Source: an uncultured candidatus Porisulfidus sp.
GTDB lineage: Bacteria > Pseudomonadota > Gammaproteobacteria > Poriferisulfidales > Poriferisulfidaceae
Assembly: GCA_965116025.1 (NCBI GenBank)
Contig: OZ220480.1
Coordinates: 384,001 to 448,000, forward strand
Length of the DNA stretch: 64,000 nt
Reading direction: 5' to 3'
Shown here: positions 8,406-19,702 of the stretch, in pieces
Numbering within the stretch: the first letter of the stretch is position 1
Layout: each line of letters opens with the position of its first letter
Made by a program: the position numbers and the translations under genes
Notes under the pieces: generated by a model
Told to the model about the DNA's origin: nothing
The model's database searches: none
The model's input: the letters and a program-made list of their open reading frames with translations, nothing else

Positions 8406-10202
8406 TCAGCCTGATGCCCGCCCGGTAAAAGCCTTCCAGACCATCGCGTTAAGCTCTTTCTGATGCCGCCCGTTGGGCGTGGAGGATTCAACCCGATATA
8501 TCCGCTTCGCTTTGGCGATGATGGATTCGCCAAGAGACCCGCGCGGATCAGGGAGAGGGAAGTTCTCGACGTACTGCGTGATGAAACGCCTGCGCCCTGC
8601 GTAAAGCTTATTGTGGAAGCGCAGGTCGTAGAATCGTTCGATAAAGGTCGAGTTCGCGACGGCGGCCGCGAGCCATAGAAGGTCCAAGTTGGCGGGGTTC
8701 TCGACGACGAGCCAATAGCAATCCCCGTTGACGACAGAACCTTCAAGATCGATCCAGAACGTAGGCTGGTCCGCAATATCCCGAAAGACGAGCTTCGGTC
8801 GACTCCAAGAATCTGGATCTTGCGGGACCCAGATCTCATACCACTGTCGGCCCGCCTCGATGACATACCTTCGACTCTCCAGCGCGAGCCTGCGCGTCGC
8901 GAGATACGCTCGGCTACGGGGATACTGAGTCAAATCAACGGCGCGGCGACGCCCCTCCACCACCTCGTGCGGATAGAGTATCCGAGTGGGCCGGTCGAGA
9001 GAGCGCGGCTTGAAGCGCCGGGCGACATGATGAGTGGTGAGCGGCCTAAGAAGTTCTGGTCGCTCGGTCCTTGGCATATCCTGCCAATCATCGCGGATGA
9101 AGATTTTGTCCGCGCAGGTCTTCACGCCAACGCGGATTTTCCCGATATCGCGGAACGTTCCCCAACTACGCTCCGCCACGGCGCTCAACCAGTTATCGCC
9201 GGCTTCCGTCGCGACGCGCCAAACGCCATCGGGCGCGCCGTTCGTGTCGATCTTCCCATGCCGAACTTGAAAGTTGCGCCCGTCGTCTATTCTTACGACC
9301 CCTTCCGCGCGGAGAGCGGAAATCGGGTCGGCAGCTAACTGGGTCGCCGGGTCGGAGGTTTCGTAGATTGACGTGAACGCCGGAGCTTCGCGCTCGCGCC
9401 CATTCTTCCCCTGCACGAGCAAGACGGCTGGCAGAACCGCCGCCCGAAATAGTTTCGTGTCGCCCAAGTCCCAAGCATGGCGCACATTAAGTCGGTCAAA
9501 GAGAGCTCGTCGAACGGCCGATCCGGATCTGGTGGTCATGAAGCGATTGGACACGATGATTCCCGCGGTACCCTCCGACTTGAGAACTTGGGCGATGCCA
9601 AGAATGAACGCGTGATACAGATCAACGCGACCGGAAAGACCAAACCGCCTCGAGAGCGACCGCGCCTGCCGCGCGCCCATAATCTGCGCGCGCACGTAAG
9701 GAGGGTTCGCGACGATGAAGTCATACGCTTCAGGAGAGTCGGGATGAGAAAAACATCCGGTATCGTTAGGCCCGAAGTTGTCAAAAACGAATTGGAGGAA
9801 ATCGCCCGCCTCGAAACGGAGAGAAACGTCAGGAAATCGTCGTTGGATCCGTTTTCTGGCGATGTCGAGAGCTTCGGGATCCGTCTCGAACCCCCAGACC
9901 TCAATGCCTTCGCGCGGCTGGCGAGGGAGACGCTCAAGAAAGCTGACGAGAAGCTCTCCATGACCAATCGCGGGGTCCAGGACGCGAAATGAGCCTTCGC
10001 CGATCTTCTCTTCGGCGGAGCTCGCGATTTGCCGTGATACGAAATCGGCCAGCGGTTTGGGCGTGTAGACCGCGCCTTCAGCCTTCGCCTCGGTGACGAG
10101 GGCGTGACGTTTCGCGGGATGCGGCTCGCGCGGAAATTCCACCTGTGCCCAATCTCCTCTCCGTGATTCGCGCGAAGAGACCTTGATGCCACCTATAATC
10201 AT
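8406..10202 (-). CDS. N6-adenine DNA methyltransferase (gamma class, TaqI/Eco57I-like)
   Basis: GAVYTP, VLDPAIGHGELL (motif I) preceding IVANPPY (motif IV), DLYHAFI, C-terminal target-recognition region; true start may be downstream of 10202. Confidence 0.88.
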   Translation of the reverse strand: MIIGGIKVSSRESRRGDWAQVEFPREPHPAKRHALVTEAKAEGAVYTPKPLADFVSRQIASSAEEKIGEGSFRVLDPAIGHGELLVSFLERLPRQPREGIEVWGFETDPEALDIARKRIQRRFPDVSLRFEAGDFLQFVFDNFGPNDTGCFSHPDSPEAYDFIVANPPYVRAQIMGARQARSLSRRFGLSGRVDLYHAFILGIAQVLKSEGTAGIIVSNRFMTTRSGSAVRRALFDRLNVRHAWDLGDTKLFRAAVLPAVLLVQGKNGREREAPAFTSIYETSDPATQLAADPISALRAEGVVRIDDGRNFQVRHGKIDTNGAPDGVWRVATEAGDNWLSAVAERSWGTFRDIGKIRVGVKTCADKIFIRDDWQDMPRTERPELLRPLTTHHVARRFKPRSLDRPTRILYPHEVVEGRRRAVDLTQYPRSRAYLATRRLALESRRYVIEAGRQWYEIWVPQDPDSWSRPKLVFRDIADQPTFWIDLEGSVVNGDCYWLVVENPANLDLLWLAAAVANSTFIERFYDLRFHNKLYAGRRRFITQYVENFPLPDPRGSLGESIIAKAKRIYRVESSTPNGRHQKELNAMVWKAFTGRASG

Positions 10203-10979
10203 CCTATAAGCGTGGCGCTCTCCGCTTCACATCGTAAGCGTGAAAGCATTGTAACCCAGTAGAGAGTGGGAAAGCGGCGGGATGGCGGTAAGAACTGGGA
10301 GCCGAGTTCCCGCTCGCGCGCCGATAGCCGAGACGTTCCCCGAACGTGGCGACTTGGGCGGCGATGGCATGGCGAAATCCCCGCGAGCCATCCACGCCGA
10401 GCCTTTCGTCCGCTTCAGTGGACCAAACGCTCCCGACACCGCACCGGACAGCGGCGCTTTCCGGGCTCGCGATATAGAAAGCGGGACGCCAGCGCGACCG
10501 TGACGACTCGCCTTGGCCCGCATCACTGGCTCGCGGATCTAACGGGCGGCGAAGGAAGGGGCGGCGGAGGCTTCAGCATGGTGGTGAGTAAGGGCATCCC
10601 ATCTTTCTTGTCCTTTCATTTCCCCCGCCTATGCGCTTTCCTGGTGAGAGAATCGGTTCCTTCGCCATTGGTCAACCTCCCGCGTTTCGTTGGGATACGA
10701 GCCAGAATTGTCGACAGATGGCGGCCGTGGCGGCTGGCGCGAGCCTCCCGCGCTCAAGCGCTGATGAAACGCCCGCCAGAAGGAACGGGAACGCGGAAAT
10801 CCTCCTCAAACACCCAATCCACGCTCGTCGCCCTCCACCTTGGGATATCAGATAATTCATTGTAGAATCAACGGCGAAAAGCGATTCCGAGCCTTCTTCG
10901 GGATATTTCCATCTCGACTTCGCTCTTCGGCGGACTCCGCTCTCAATACCGATTTCCCTCGTTTCAGCCCTTCGTTCCA

Positions 10980-12776
10980 TTGCGCTCTGAACCCGCATCT
11001 CATTCGGTCGCGCCGTTGGACGTGGTCCTCTCTCGGAGCCGCGGCGCCCTGATCACCGTGGGCGCGCTGAGCGCGGCGGTGAACTTGCTGATGCTCACTG
11101 GACCGCTGTTCATGCTACAGATCTATGACCGGGTGCTGACCAGCCGGGCGGAGGCGACGCTCGTCGCCCTGCTCGCCATCGTCGTCTATCTCTATGGCTT
11201 GATGGGCCTGCTCAACGCCCTGCGCGGGCGCATCCTAGCGCGGATCGGAGCGGGGTTTCAGACCGCGCTCGATGAACGAGCGTTCGACGCGACGCTCCGC
11301 GCGGAACGCGAGCCGACCTTCGCCCGCGCGGGCGGACGGGCACTCCCGCAAGTGGAAACGGTACGCTCGTTTCTGGCTTCTCCGGCTCCGGGAGCGATCC
11401 TGGATCTTCCATGGATCCCGTTCTTCATTATCATCATCTTCATTTTTCATCCGCTGCTGGGATGGCTGGCGATCGCGGGCTCGATCATTCTGCTAACGCT
11501 CGCGCTGGCCAACAGATGGGCGACGAGCAAGCCACAGGCCTCGTCCGCGAAACTCTCCATTGACGCTCATATCCAGGCGGAGGACGCGCGCCGCGAGGTG
11601 GAGACGGTGCGCGGTCTGGGCATGATCGAGCCGTTGCGTGCGCGCTGGCGGGCGGTGCGGGAGGCGGCGCTGGACCAAGCGATGCGATCCGCGGACCCGA
11701 GCGGCGGATACACGTCCGCGAGCAAGGCGTTCCGGCTTCTGCTGCAATCGCTGATGCTGGCCCTCGGCGCGTGGCTGGTGCTTGAGGGCGAGCTGACGGC
11801 GGGAGCGATGATCGCGGCCTCGATTCTTCTGGGCCGTGCGCTGCAACCGCTGGAGCAAACGGTCCAGCAGTGGTCCCAGATCCGGGCCGCGCGGGCTAGT
11901 TGGCGATCACTCTCCGATCTGCTGAGGTCGATGCCACCGGAAACGCCGCCGATGGAGTTGCCCAAGCCCGTCGCGATCCTGCGCGCGCGCGACATGTCGG
12001 TATGGGCGCCAAACCGACGAGACGTGTTGCTCCGGGACGTGAACTTCGAAGTGACACCAGGCGAAGCGGTGGCAGTCATAGGGCGGAGCGGCGCCGGAAA
12101 ATCCACGCTCGCGAAAGCGCTCGTCGGGCTATGGCCGCTCAAGCGTGGAGAGATTCGGCTGGGAGGGGCGGAGCTCTCGGCTTGGGGCGAATCGCTCTGG
12201 CGCGACCATATTGGTTATCTACCGCAAGACGTGGCTCTGTTCACTGGCAGCGTGGCCGAGAATATTTCTCGTTTCGACCCGCGCGCTAGCGAGGAAGACG
12301 TGATTCGAGCGGCCATCCAAGCCGGAGCGCACGGGATGATCCTGTCTCTTCCGAACGCGTACGATACATTCCTCATGGGCGGTGGCGGACTGTCGGGCGG
12401 ACAGCGCCAGCGCATCGCCTTGGCGCGGGCGTTCTATGGCGACCCGGCCCTTCTGGTGCTGGACGAGCCGGACGCGCATATGGCGGAAGCATTCGGACTG
12501 AACCGGGCGATCGCCAAGATGAAGGCGGACGGACGGGCCGCGGTGGTTATCGCGCATCGGCGCGCGTCGATCAACGAATGCGCCCGGGTCGCCGTTATCG
12601 AAGATGGCCGTCTCCAGCTGTTCGGGCCACGTGAGGAGGTGATGGCGCGCATCGAGCAAAACCAAGTACGACAGTTGCCTACCGTGATCAAGGGAGGAAA
12701 CCGAGAGCGGGCCAAGGACGACGATGCCCCCCCCCCCCCCCCCCCCCCCCCAATGAAGCCGACGAGCGATGGTTGA
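10980..12776 (+). CDS. Type I secretion system ABC transporter (PrtD/AprD family)
   Basis: NLLMLTGPLFMLQIYDRVL, GRSGAGKST, LSGGQRQRIALARA, LVLDEP; poly-Pro tail encoded by the C25 tract. Confidence 0.93.
   Translation: MRSEPASHSVAPLDVVLSRSRGALITVGALSAAVNLLMLTGPLFMLQIYDRVLTSRAEATLVALLAIVVYLYGLMGLLNALRGRILARIGAGFQTALDERAFDATLRAEREPTFARAGGRALPQVETVRSFLASPAPGAILDLPWIPFFIIIIFIFHPLLGWLAIAGSIILLTLALANRWATSKPQASSAKLSIDAHIQAEDARREVETVRGLGMIEPLRARWRAVREAALDQAMRSADPSGGYTSASKAFRLLLQSLMLALGAWLVLEGELTAGAMIAASILLGRALQPLEQTVQQWSQIRAARASWRSLSDLLRSMPPETPPMELPKPVAILRARDMSVWAPNRRDVLLRDVNFEVTPGEAVAVIGRSGAGKSTLAKALVGLWPLKRGEIRLGGAELSAWGESLWRDHIGYLPQDVALFTGSVAENISRFDPRASEEDVIRAAIQAGAHGMILSLPNAYDTFLMGGGGLSGGQRQRIALARAFYGDPALLVLDEPDAHMAEAFGLNRAIAKMKADGRAAVVIAHRRASINECARVAVIEDGRLQLFGPREEVMARIEQNQVRQLPTVIKGGNRERAKDDDAPPPPPPPPMKPTSDG
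12727..12751 (+). repeat. C25 homopolymer at the 3' end of the T1SS ABC gene, 17 nt before the MFP start
   Basis: Direct count. Confidence 0.9.
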
Positions 12777-14067
12777 GAAAGCGCGTGGAAACTGGCCGGT
12801 GGCCGGGTCGGTGCGGATGAGCGCGGTGGCGCTTGGTATCGGATTCGCGGGCGCGCTGGTCTGGGCCTCGCTGGCGAAAATCCACGGCGCGGTGATCGCG
12901 TCGGGCAACGTGGAGGTGGAGTCTCGGCGCCAAGCGATCCAGCACCCCGACGGCGGAATCGTGGCGGCGATCCCGGTGCGCGACGGCGAGCGAGTGGAGG
13001 CGGGAGCGACGATTCTGGAGCTGGACGCCACCGAGCTTTCCGCCGAGAAAGCGCTCATGATCCGGCAACTGCAGGAAGTGCGGGCGCGAATCGATCGCCT
13101 CTCGGCTGAAGCCGGATCCGCGAAGCGGCTGGTCTTCCGAGACGGTAACGCCACGGACAACCCGACGCTCACGGCGTTGCTGGCCGACGAGCGGACGCTG
13201 TTCGAGACCGGGCGCGAGCTGCTGGCGCGAACGCTCGCGCGGATCGAGGAGCGCAAGGCCCAAGCCACGGCCTTGGTCGAGGGGATGCGGTTGCAGCTGG
13301 AGGCGACCCGAAATCAATTGGCGCTGATCGAGGCGGAAGCCCGTGATCGGGAGGCTCTGCTCGAGAAAAACTTGATCTCGAAACCAGAGGTCTCGCGATT
13401 GCTCCGGGAGGAGGCGCGCCTGCAGGGAATGATCGGGGAGCTGGAAGCGGATATCGCCCAGGGGCTGAGCGCGCGAGCTTCCTTCGATATCGAGCGGTTG
13501 CGCACCCTCGCGGAACGCCGCGAGAAGGCGCAAGACGAGATGCGCGAGCTGCAACCGCGCGAGGATGAGCTCGCCGAGCGCCTTCGGGTGCTGGAAACCC
13601 GTCTTTCTCGACTCGTTCTGCGCGCGCCGATGGCGGGCGTGGTGCATGGGCTCAGAGTGTTCACCGTCGGCGGGGTGATCCCGGCGGGAGCGGAGGTGGC
13701 GGCGATCGTGCCCGAGGGCGTGCCGCTGGTGCTCAGCGTCCGGGTCGCGACCGCGCAGATCGACGAGGTCCACGCCGGACAAGACGTGACGGTGGTGTTC
13801 CCCGCGTTCAACATGCGCACCGCCCCGGAGTTCATCGGACGAGTGCGCACCATCTCGGCCGACGCGCTGGTCGACGAGAACAGCGGCGAGCGATTCTACG
13901 CCGTCGAGGTCGCGTTGCTTCCTGAATCCGAGGAGGAGGCCCGCGCGCGCGGCATCGTCTCCGGCATGCCGGTCGACGCGTTCATCCAAACCCGCGTCCG
14001 CACGCCGATCTCCTTCTTGCTCGACCCCTTCACCGACTATCTGCGGCACGCCTTCCGCGAAGAGTGA
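12769..14067 (+). CDS. Type I secretion membrane fusion protein (HlyD/PrtE family)
   Basis: N-terminal TM helix, [19 protein letters not shown], coiled coil, [23 protein letters not shown]. Confidence 0.93.
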   Translation: MVEKARGNWPVAGSVRMSAVALGIGFAGALVWASLAKIHGAVIASGNVEVESRRQAIQHPDGGIVAAIPVRDGERVEAGATILELDATELSAEKALMIRQLQEVRARIDRLSAEAGSAKRLVFRDGNATDNPTLTALLADERTLFETGRELLARTLARIEERKAQATALVEGMRLQLEATRNQLALIEAEARDREALLEKNLISKPEVSRLLREEARLQGMIGELEADIAQGLSARASFDIERLRTLAERREKAQDEMRELQPREDELAERLRVLETRLSRLVLRAPMAGVVHGLRVFTVGGVIPAGAEVAAIVPEGVPLVLSVRVATAQIDEVHAGQDVTVVFPAFNMRTAPEFIGRVRTISADALVDENSGERFYAVEVALLPESEEEARARGIVSGMPVDAFIQTRVRTPISFLLDPFTDYLRHAFREE

Positions 14068-14188
14068 TCCAGAGACGGCGGCGCCGCGCCAACGCGCCGA
14101 ACGGTGGACATCGACCGCAAGAATCCTCTCGAACACTAAAAACCCTGGCGTGACGATTTCTTATAATAAGCTGAGAATTGGCGAAACC

Positions 14189-14734
14189 ATGGCGAAACTC
14201 GAAGTCCTCCGCTTTCCGGACCCGCGCCTGCGCGCGGTGGCTCGGCCCGTCACCAAGGTGACGGACGAGACCCGGCGCATCGTCTCCGACATGCTGGAAA
14301 CCATGCGCGACGAGTTCGGAATCGGACTCGCGGCCGTGCAGGTCAACATCCCGCAACGCATCGTGGTGATCGACCTCAGCGAGGACGGAAGCGAGCCGAT
14401 GGGCCTGATCAACCCGGAGATTCTCGAGGCCAAGGGAACAAAGGAGATGGAGGAGGGCTGCCTGTCGGTCCCGGAGTTCCGGGCGCTGGTGCGACGCGCC
14501 GAGAGAATTCGTTGCCGAGCCCTGAACGAGAACGGCGAGGAGATCGAGATTGAGGCGGACGGCCTGCTCGCCGTGTGCATCCAGCACGAGATCGACCATC
14601 TCGACGGAAAACTGTTCGTCGACTATCTTTCCCCACACAAACGCGAGCGGATCGCCGAACGCCTCCGGAAAATGGCCCGAACCGGGCGGATCCCGAGACG
14701 AACCCGGCGCCCAGAGTCCTACGTTCACGCCTGA
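14189..14734 (+). CDS. def: Peptide deformylase
   Basis: [22 protein letters not shown] motifs. Confidence 0.97.
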   Translation: MAKLEVLRFPDPRLRAVARPVTKVTDETRRIVSDMLETMRDEFGIGLAAVQVNIPQRIVVIDLSEDGSEPMGLINPEILEAKGTKEMEEGCLSVPEFRALVRRAERIRCRALNENGEEIEIEADGLLAVCIQHEIDHLDGKLFVDYLSPHKRERIAERLRKMARTGRIPRRTRRPESYVHA

Positions 14735-14744
14735 CTCCGAAGGC

Positions 14745-15686
14745 GTGGAGCCTCTGCGACTAATTTTCGCTGGCAGCGGGCTCTTCGGCGCCTTGACGCT
14801 GGAGCGGCTACGGGCCAGCCCCCACGCCGTCCAGGCGGTCCTGTCGCGACCGGACCGGCCCGCGGGCCGCGGGTTGCGGTCACGGTCCACTCCAGTCGCG
14901 GAAGCCGCTCGAGCGGCGGAGCTGCCATTGCTGCGCCCCGACGCGCTGGACGCGCCGGCGCGCGACGAGCTCGCGTCCCTCCGTGCGGATGTGATGGTGG
15001 TCGCGGATTTCGGGCGACTGATTCCGGAATCCTGGCTCTGGCTATGCCCGGGCGGCAGCTTGAACGTTCACGCCTCCCTGCTACCCCGGTGGCGCGGAGC
15101 GGCTCCGATCGCGCGCGCGATCGAGGCCCGCGACCCCATCTTCGGATGCACCGTCATGCTGATGGACTCGGGGCTTGATACCGGGGATATCCTGACCCAA
15201 GAGTCCCTCCCGCTCGCGCCCGACGAGACCACGGCCTCAGCGCGATCCCGTCTCGCCTCGCTAGGCGCGGACCTTCTGGCGCGGTATCTGTCCGATTTCG
15301 ACCCGAAGCATCCGACTCGCCAACCGCAGGACGAAGCGCGGGCCTGCCATGCGCCCGCGCTCCGCAAGAGCGAGGCTTCGGTCATCTGGTCGGAATCGGC
15401 GCGCCGCGTCGCCGCCAAAATCCAGGCGTTCAACCCTCACCCCGTCGCCACCACGCGATACGGCGACGAGACCTTGCGACTGTGGCGGGCGCGGGCGAGC
15501 GCGTCGCCCGCTGACGATCCACCAGGAACGGCGCTACGCTGCGACCACGATGGCCTGTGGGTCTCGTGCGGAGAGGGGCAGGTCGCTATCGCCGAGCTGC
15601 AACGCCCGGGCGGGCGAAGAATGTCGGCGCGGGATTTCTGCAACGCCCGTCCTATGACGGGGGCATTGCTGGGATGCCACGCTTAA
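14745..15686 (+). CDS. fmt: Methionyl-tRNA formyltransferase
   Basis: LIFAGS, PDRPAGRG, NVHASLLPRWRGAAPI, GLDTGD; follows def; GTG start inferred. Confidence 0.95.
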   Translation: MEPLRLIFAGSGLFGALTLERLRASPHAVQAVLSRPDRPAGRGLRSRSTPVAEAARAAELPLLRPDALDAPARDELASLRADVMVVADFGRLIPESWLWLCPGGSLNVHASLLPRWRGAAPIARAIEARDPIFGCTVMLMDSGLDTGDILTQESLPLAPDETTASARSRLASLGADLLARYLSDFDPKHPTRQPQDEARACHAPALRKSEASVIWSESARRVAAKIQAFNPHPVATTRYGDETLRLWRARASASPADDPPGTALRCDHDGLWVSCGEGQVAIAELQRPGGRRMSARDFCNARPMTGALLGCHA

Positions 15687-15694
15687 CGGCGCGC

Positions 15695-15718
15695 GGCCCC
15701 GGCTTGAACGCCGGGGCC
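15695..15718. terminator. GC hairpin between convergent fmt and autotransporter 1
   Basis: GGCCCCGGC-TTGAAC-GCCGGGGCC, 9-bp perfect stem; no U-tract. Confidence 0.45.
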
Positions 15719-15733
15719 ACGATCACAAGCCGG

Positions 15734-18700
15734 TCAGAAGCGAACCTTCAGCAGGACGCTCGCGCCGTAATCGTGATTGTCGCCATCCGACGCCGCGTAG
15801 TACGCGTCCGCCGAGAGCGTCGACTCCCCCTGCGCGTCCAGCGTCATCACGCCCCCGACGCCCAATCGCGCCCACGTCGACTCCACTTCCGAGCGCAGCC
15901 GCGCTCCCGACGCCATCACCTCCCGGCTCTCCGAGAGATCGCGTTCCAAATCCAGAGAAGCGTACGTCTGGCCATTCTCCAATAACGCCCCGATCCGCGC
16001 CCTCACGCTGTCCTCCGAGCGAAACGACACCCGACCGCTCCCAGTAACCCCCGACACGTCGGCGAAGCCATCAACGTCCACCCAAATCCACGTCAATCCC
16101 CCGCGCGGAACCAGCGCGAAGCCGTCCATCTCCAGTCGCCTGCCAACCTCCACGCCGATCGCGTGACCCTCTCCGTCCAGACCGGACGCCACCATCCCGC
16201 GCGCCTCCGAACTCAAGTCGACGTCCTTGAAACGCGTGTACGAGAACTCCCCGTCCGCGTACCAGCCGTCCTCTCCCCGCCAGGTCGCCGAAGCCCCAAC
16301 ACCAACGCCCGAGACCTCGATCTTCCCGCCGCGCGCGACGTCCGCCTCGCCATCACGGTAGTGCGCGCTCACCCCCAGCATAAGCCCCGGCGCGTCCGTG
16401 GGAACGACGAAGCCCGTCTCCACGCCCCAGCGCTCGAAGTCCCAAGACAGCGCGCGACCCGCATCGTCCATCTCGGTCGTGGACATATCCGCCTCCCGCT
16501 CGCCGTCGCTCGCCAACACCCGCGCCCACGCGCGCCCACCATCTCGCGTCGCCGACAAGCGCGCCTGGCGACCGCCCGGAGCGCTCATCTCCAGCAGCAC
16601 CGACGGCAACGCCTCGTACACCCGAGCCCGGGCGTGGTACGTCCGACTGATCTCCTTCTCGGAGTCCACCTGGAACTGGTGCCCGCCCGTGATCGACTTC
16701 AGCGTGACCATCCGCTCGAACACCGCGTCGTACACCCCATGCGTCCCCGTCTTCCCCGACGTCGCCTTCACCGCGTCCCCCACGGCTATCGTCTTCGCCA
16801 TGCCGGCCGTCGACTCGCGCTGGAAGACGTTCGGCGTTTTATCGCCACTATTCAGGAATTTCCCCTTGACGAACGCGATCTGCCCATGCGCGTTCTCCTT
16901 CAGGGTGACATGCAGCGCCTTGTCCGCGCTCACCGCGATCCCCGACGTCGCGCCAATCTCCGCCTTCGGCCCGATCACCAGCGTCCCGCCGTTCACCATC
17001 CGAACGCCGGCGTGCTCGCCGGCGCCGCCCATCACCTTGCCGTTGATCGTGACCGTCTGGTCGTATTGCCCTTTCCGGGCGTGGTCGGACGCGAAGGTCC
17101 GCATCCCCTTGACATGCACCCCGTCCTTCTTGGCCCGGATCGTCGCCATCTCCCCCACCGTGACCGTGATCTTCCCGGCCGTGGGCGCTTCCATTTCCGT
17201 GTAGGCAGTGGCGGTCTCCGCGTAGACTCCGTATCCATCAGCCATGATCACACCGCCCGACACATCGATCATGATTGGGATGATCATCTTTCGAGCGTCA
17301 CCATCATCCGAATCGTCCAGGTCTTTCACGTAGGCCAGAATGCCGTCGCCCCTCGACATGATGTCCGCCTTCGACATGATCTTGATCTCCCCGATCTCGG
17401 TGGTGTAGGTCTCGGGGTTCCCCTCATCGAGCTCCTTGCCGGGAAGTGGCTGGGACTCCGCGCCCCCATGGATGGCGAGAATGCCGGCGGTCCGATCCTT
17501 CAGGTCCGCCAGCTTCGTCTGGTGATCCGCCGAGAGCGAGGAGGAGGAGAATACGTCGGACAGGTCGCCCGCGGTGATCTTCCCCGCCAAATGCTTCACG
17601 TCCACCTCGCCCCAACCGGTATGCAACGCGAAGACCCCGGAGCCTTTCGCGTGGATGAGGCCCTCGTTGGTAATCATGACGGGGATCTCGTTGTCCGAGG
17701 ATATGGTCTCGGCGAACACGCCATGCCCGCCGACTGGAGCGCCGGCGGTCCCGATCCGCGCTCCCTCGGAGACGGTCACCCGAATCGTTCCCCCGTGGGT
17801 CTGGTGGAGGGCGTACACGCCATGTCGACCCACGGTCGGCTCGTCTCCTTCCATACCGATCCGCGCCCCCGACTTCAGCGTCACCTCAATGTCTCGGTTG
17901 ATGTCGCCGCGCTGGCTGTCGTCGTGCGTCGTGCCCCGGTAAACGTAGATCCCGTCCCCGCCAGTTCCCGTCGAAGCGATCTCGCCCGCGAGATCCACCT
18001 TGACCAGACCACCGTTGTGGCCAGCGGAATTAACGTAAATTCCGTCTCCCACGATCTCCGTGTTCCGCCCGCCCGCCGTGATGACGCCCCCCGTCACGTC
18101 GACCGTCACCGGAACCACGGAATCGGAGTCCCCTTGCGTAGTGACGGAGATGCCATAAGTGCGGGCCCAAATATCTCCGCTCGAGGTGATCATGATCGTG
18201 CCGCTAGGAACCTCGGCGGCGCCCATGGTCGTGTCCCTATGATCAACGGTTATACCATTTTCGTGGATAAACGCGTTATCGGCTAAATCCAGCGTGGCCT
18301 CATCGCCCGAGAGCGTTCGCGGGTAGAGAGGCCATTGCCTCTTGCTGACAAGCGTCCCGTGGTTCGTGACGGTGATGTCGCCCCCCTTGAAGAGGTTGAC
18401 TAGAATGCCCTTGCTGGTCACGCTGCCCTTCGCCGTCTCGATGGCGACGTCTCCAGACCCCTCGTTGTACACGTAGATTCCTCGGTAATATCCGTAAATC
18501 TCGCCCCGGTTCATGATCGAGACGTCGCCCTCGGCGGACGCGTTTCTGTAATACGCGAACACCCCATAAAGCCCCACCGGAATCTCCTCAGTGCCGATCC
18601 GCGCCTCGGCCCCGACCGTGATCTCGATCTTGTCCGCCCTGTTGGTTTTGGAGGCTTTCTTGTTCCAGACGGTGATCCCGTAGTTCCTGTTGCCCCGCTG

Positions 18701-19248
18701 ATACTGGGGATCAATGAACGTCCCACTGAGCCGCTGGCCATTCTCCGTGTACATGGCCGTGGTGGGCGGAGTCCAACCGCCCGCCTCGTTCACGATCCTC
18801 ACCTTGCCTTCCAGATTCACCGTCAGCGCCCCGTCGCCGACCACCGCGACCCCGGGATTCCGGCCTTGGGTGGGACTGTCGGCAGAAGTGGGAGTATTGC
18901 GAGGAAGGAACGACTTGATGGTCGTCATCTCCCCGGAAGGCTTCACGGTCAGCGTCAAGCCGCCTGTCTGACCCGTGTACTCGATAGGATTGGGAGTGGC
19001 GCTGGTGCCGCCGTAGGTCGAGGCGGCGCAGGTGACCGTTTTGGTGGCGCCGACATCGCCGCACTGGTTCGCCTTGGCGGAATGCGGAATCAGTGGGATC
19101 GAGAGAGCGGCCGTCAGCCCGGCCAGAGCGATCAGGAAACGAGGGCTATGCCCCCCCCCCCCCCCCCCCCCCCCCCTACGCGGGAAGACGACGAGGCGAC
19201 GCGACGCGCGGCGCGCACGGTATCAGAAAAATGCGGGTTGACTCTCAT
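15734..19248 (-). CDS. Autotransporter 1 (beta-helix passenger plus beta-barrel), frameshifted in leader at G26 tract; putative phase-variable OFF state
   Basis: ATG 19248 reads MRVNPHFSDTVRAARRVASSSSRV-(G)n; the main frame resumes at 19150 with HSPRFLIALAGLTAALSIPLIPHSAKA signal peptide and continues into ORF 15734..18958, ending YGASVLLKVRF. With 26 G the leader stops at TGA 19132-19134. Confidence 0.87.
19151..19176. repeat. C26 homopolymer (G26 on coding strand) in autotransporter 1 signal-peptide region
   Basis: Direct count; a multiple of 3 is needed to restore the frame. Confidence 0.9.
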
Positions 19249-19283
19249 TGAGAAATCCTGATGGCGATGAATGATTGGAGCGG

Positions 19284-19289
19284 ATTATA
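19284..19289 (-). promoter_or_regulatory. Candidate -10 box for autotransporter 1
   Basis: TATAAT on the minus strand about 36 nt upstream of ATG 19248; equivalent box at 33751-33756 for the paralog. Confidence 0.5.
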
Positions 19290-19384
19290 CCCAAAACCCA
19301 CGCGCCCAAAAATCCTCACCGGATGGCCAGAGACCGATTCCATCCGAGCAGATCAGGTTTTCGAGGGCATGATTTGGCCCGTAC

Positions 19385-19702
19385 TCTCTAAAGATCGGGA
19401 CTTCCCACGCTTGCCCGGGTCGCGCCTCGTCAATCGCTGTTCGGATATCTTCAATCTTATGCCGCGCCCATGCCATGCCGTAGCCATCAGCACGATGATT
19501 TCCACCCTTCTTCCAGCCAAATTTCGCTGATACCGTATATTTTTCCGTGGCCACTATGACCTGATACTCGCCGTCTTCGGCTTTTTGCATCAGCTCCCCA
19601 TTCTCAAGCGATTCCCAACCCATCTCCGCGGATCCGTCTACGGAATATCCTGTCAGATGTCCGCGAGGTGCACTGGAACCCCATGGATCGAACAGGACTT
19701 TA
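19385..19702 (-). pseudogene. Decayed PIN-domain toxin (DUF5615/VapC45-like)
   Basis: Fragments across frames: KVLFD, GHLTGYSVD..EMGWESLENGELMQKAE, IRYQRNLAGRRVEIIVL, IEDIRTAIDEARPGQAWEVPI; multiple frameshifts; ends approximate. Confidence 0.65.

Noticed and set aside
10204-10979. Long intergenic regions (also 29580-30110, 44800-45400, 53940-54340) as ncRNA or riboswitch candidates
   Set aside because: No recognisable motif or convincing structure by eye; an Rfam/Infernal scan would be needed.
12724-12756. ATG immediately before the C25 tract as a phase-variable MFP start
   Set aside because: TGA at 12754-12756 lies after the tract in the MFP frame, so no tract length can fuse it to the MFP.
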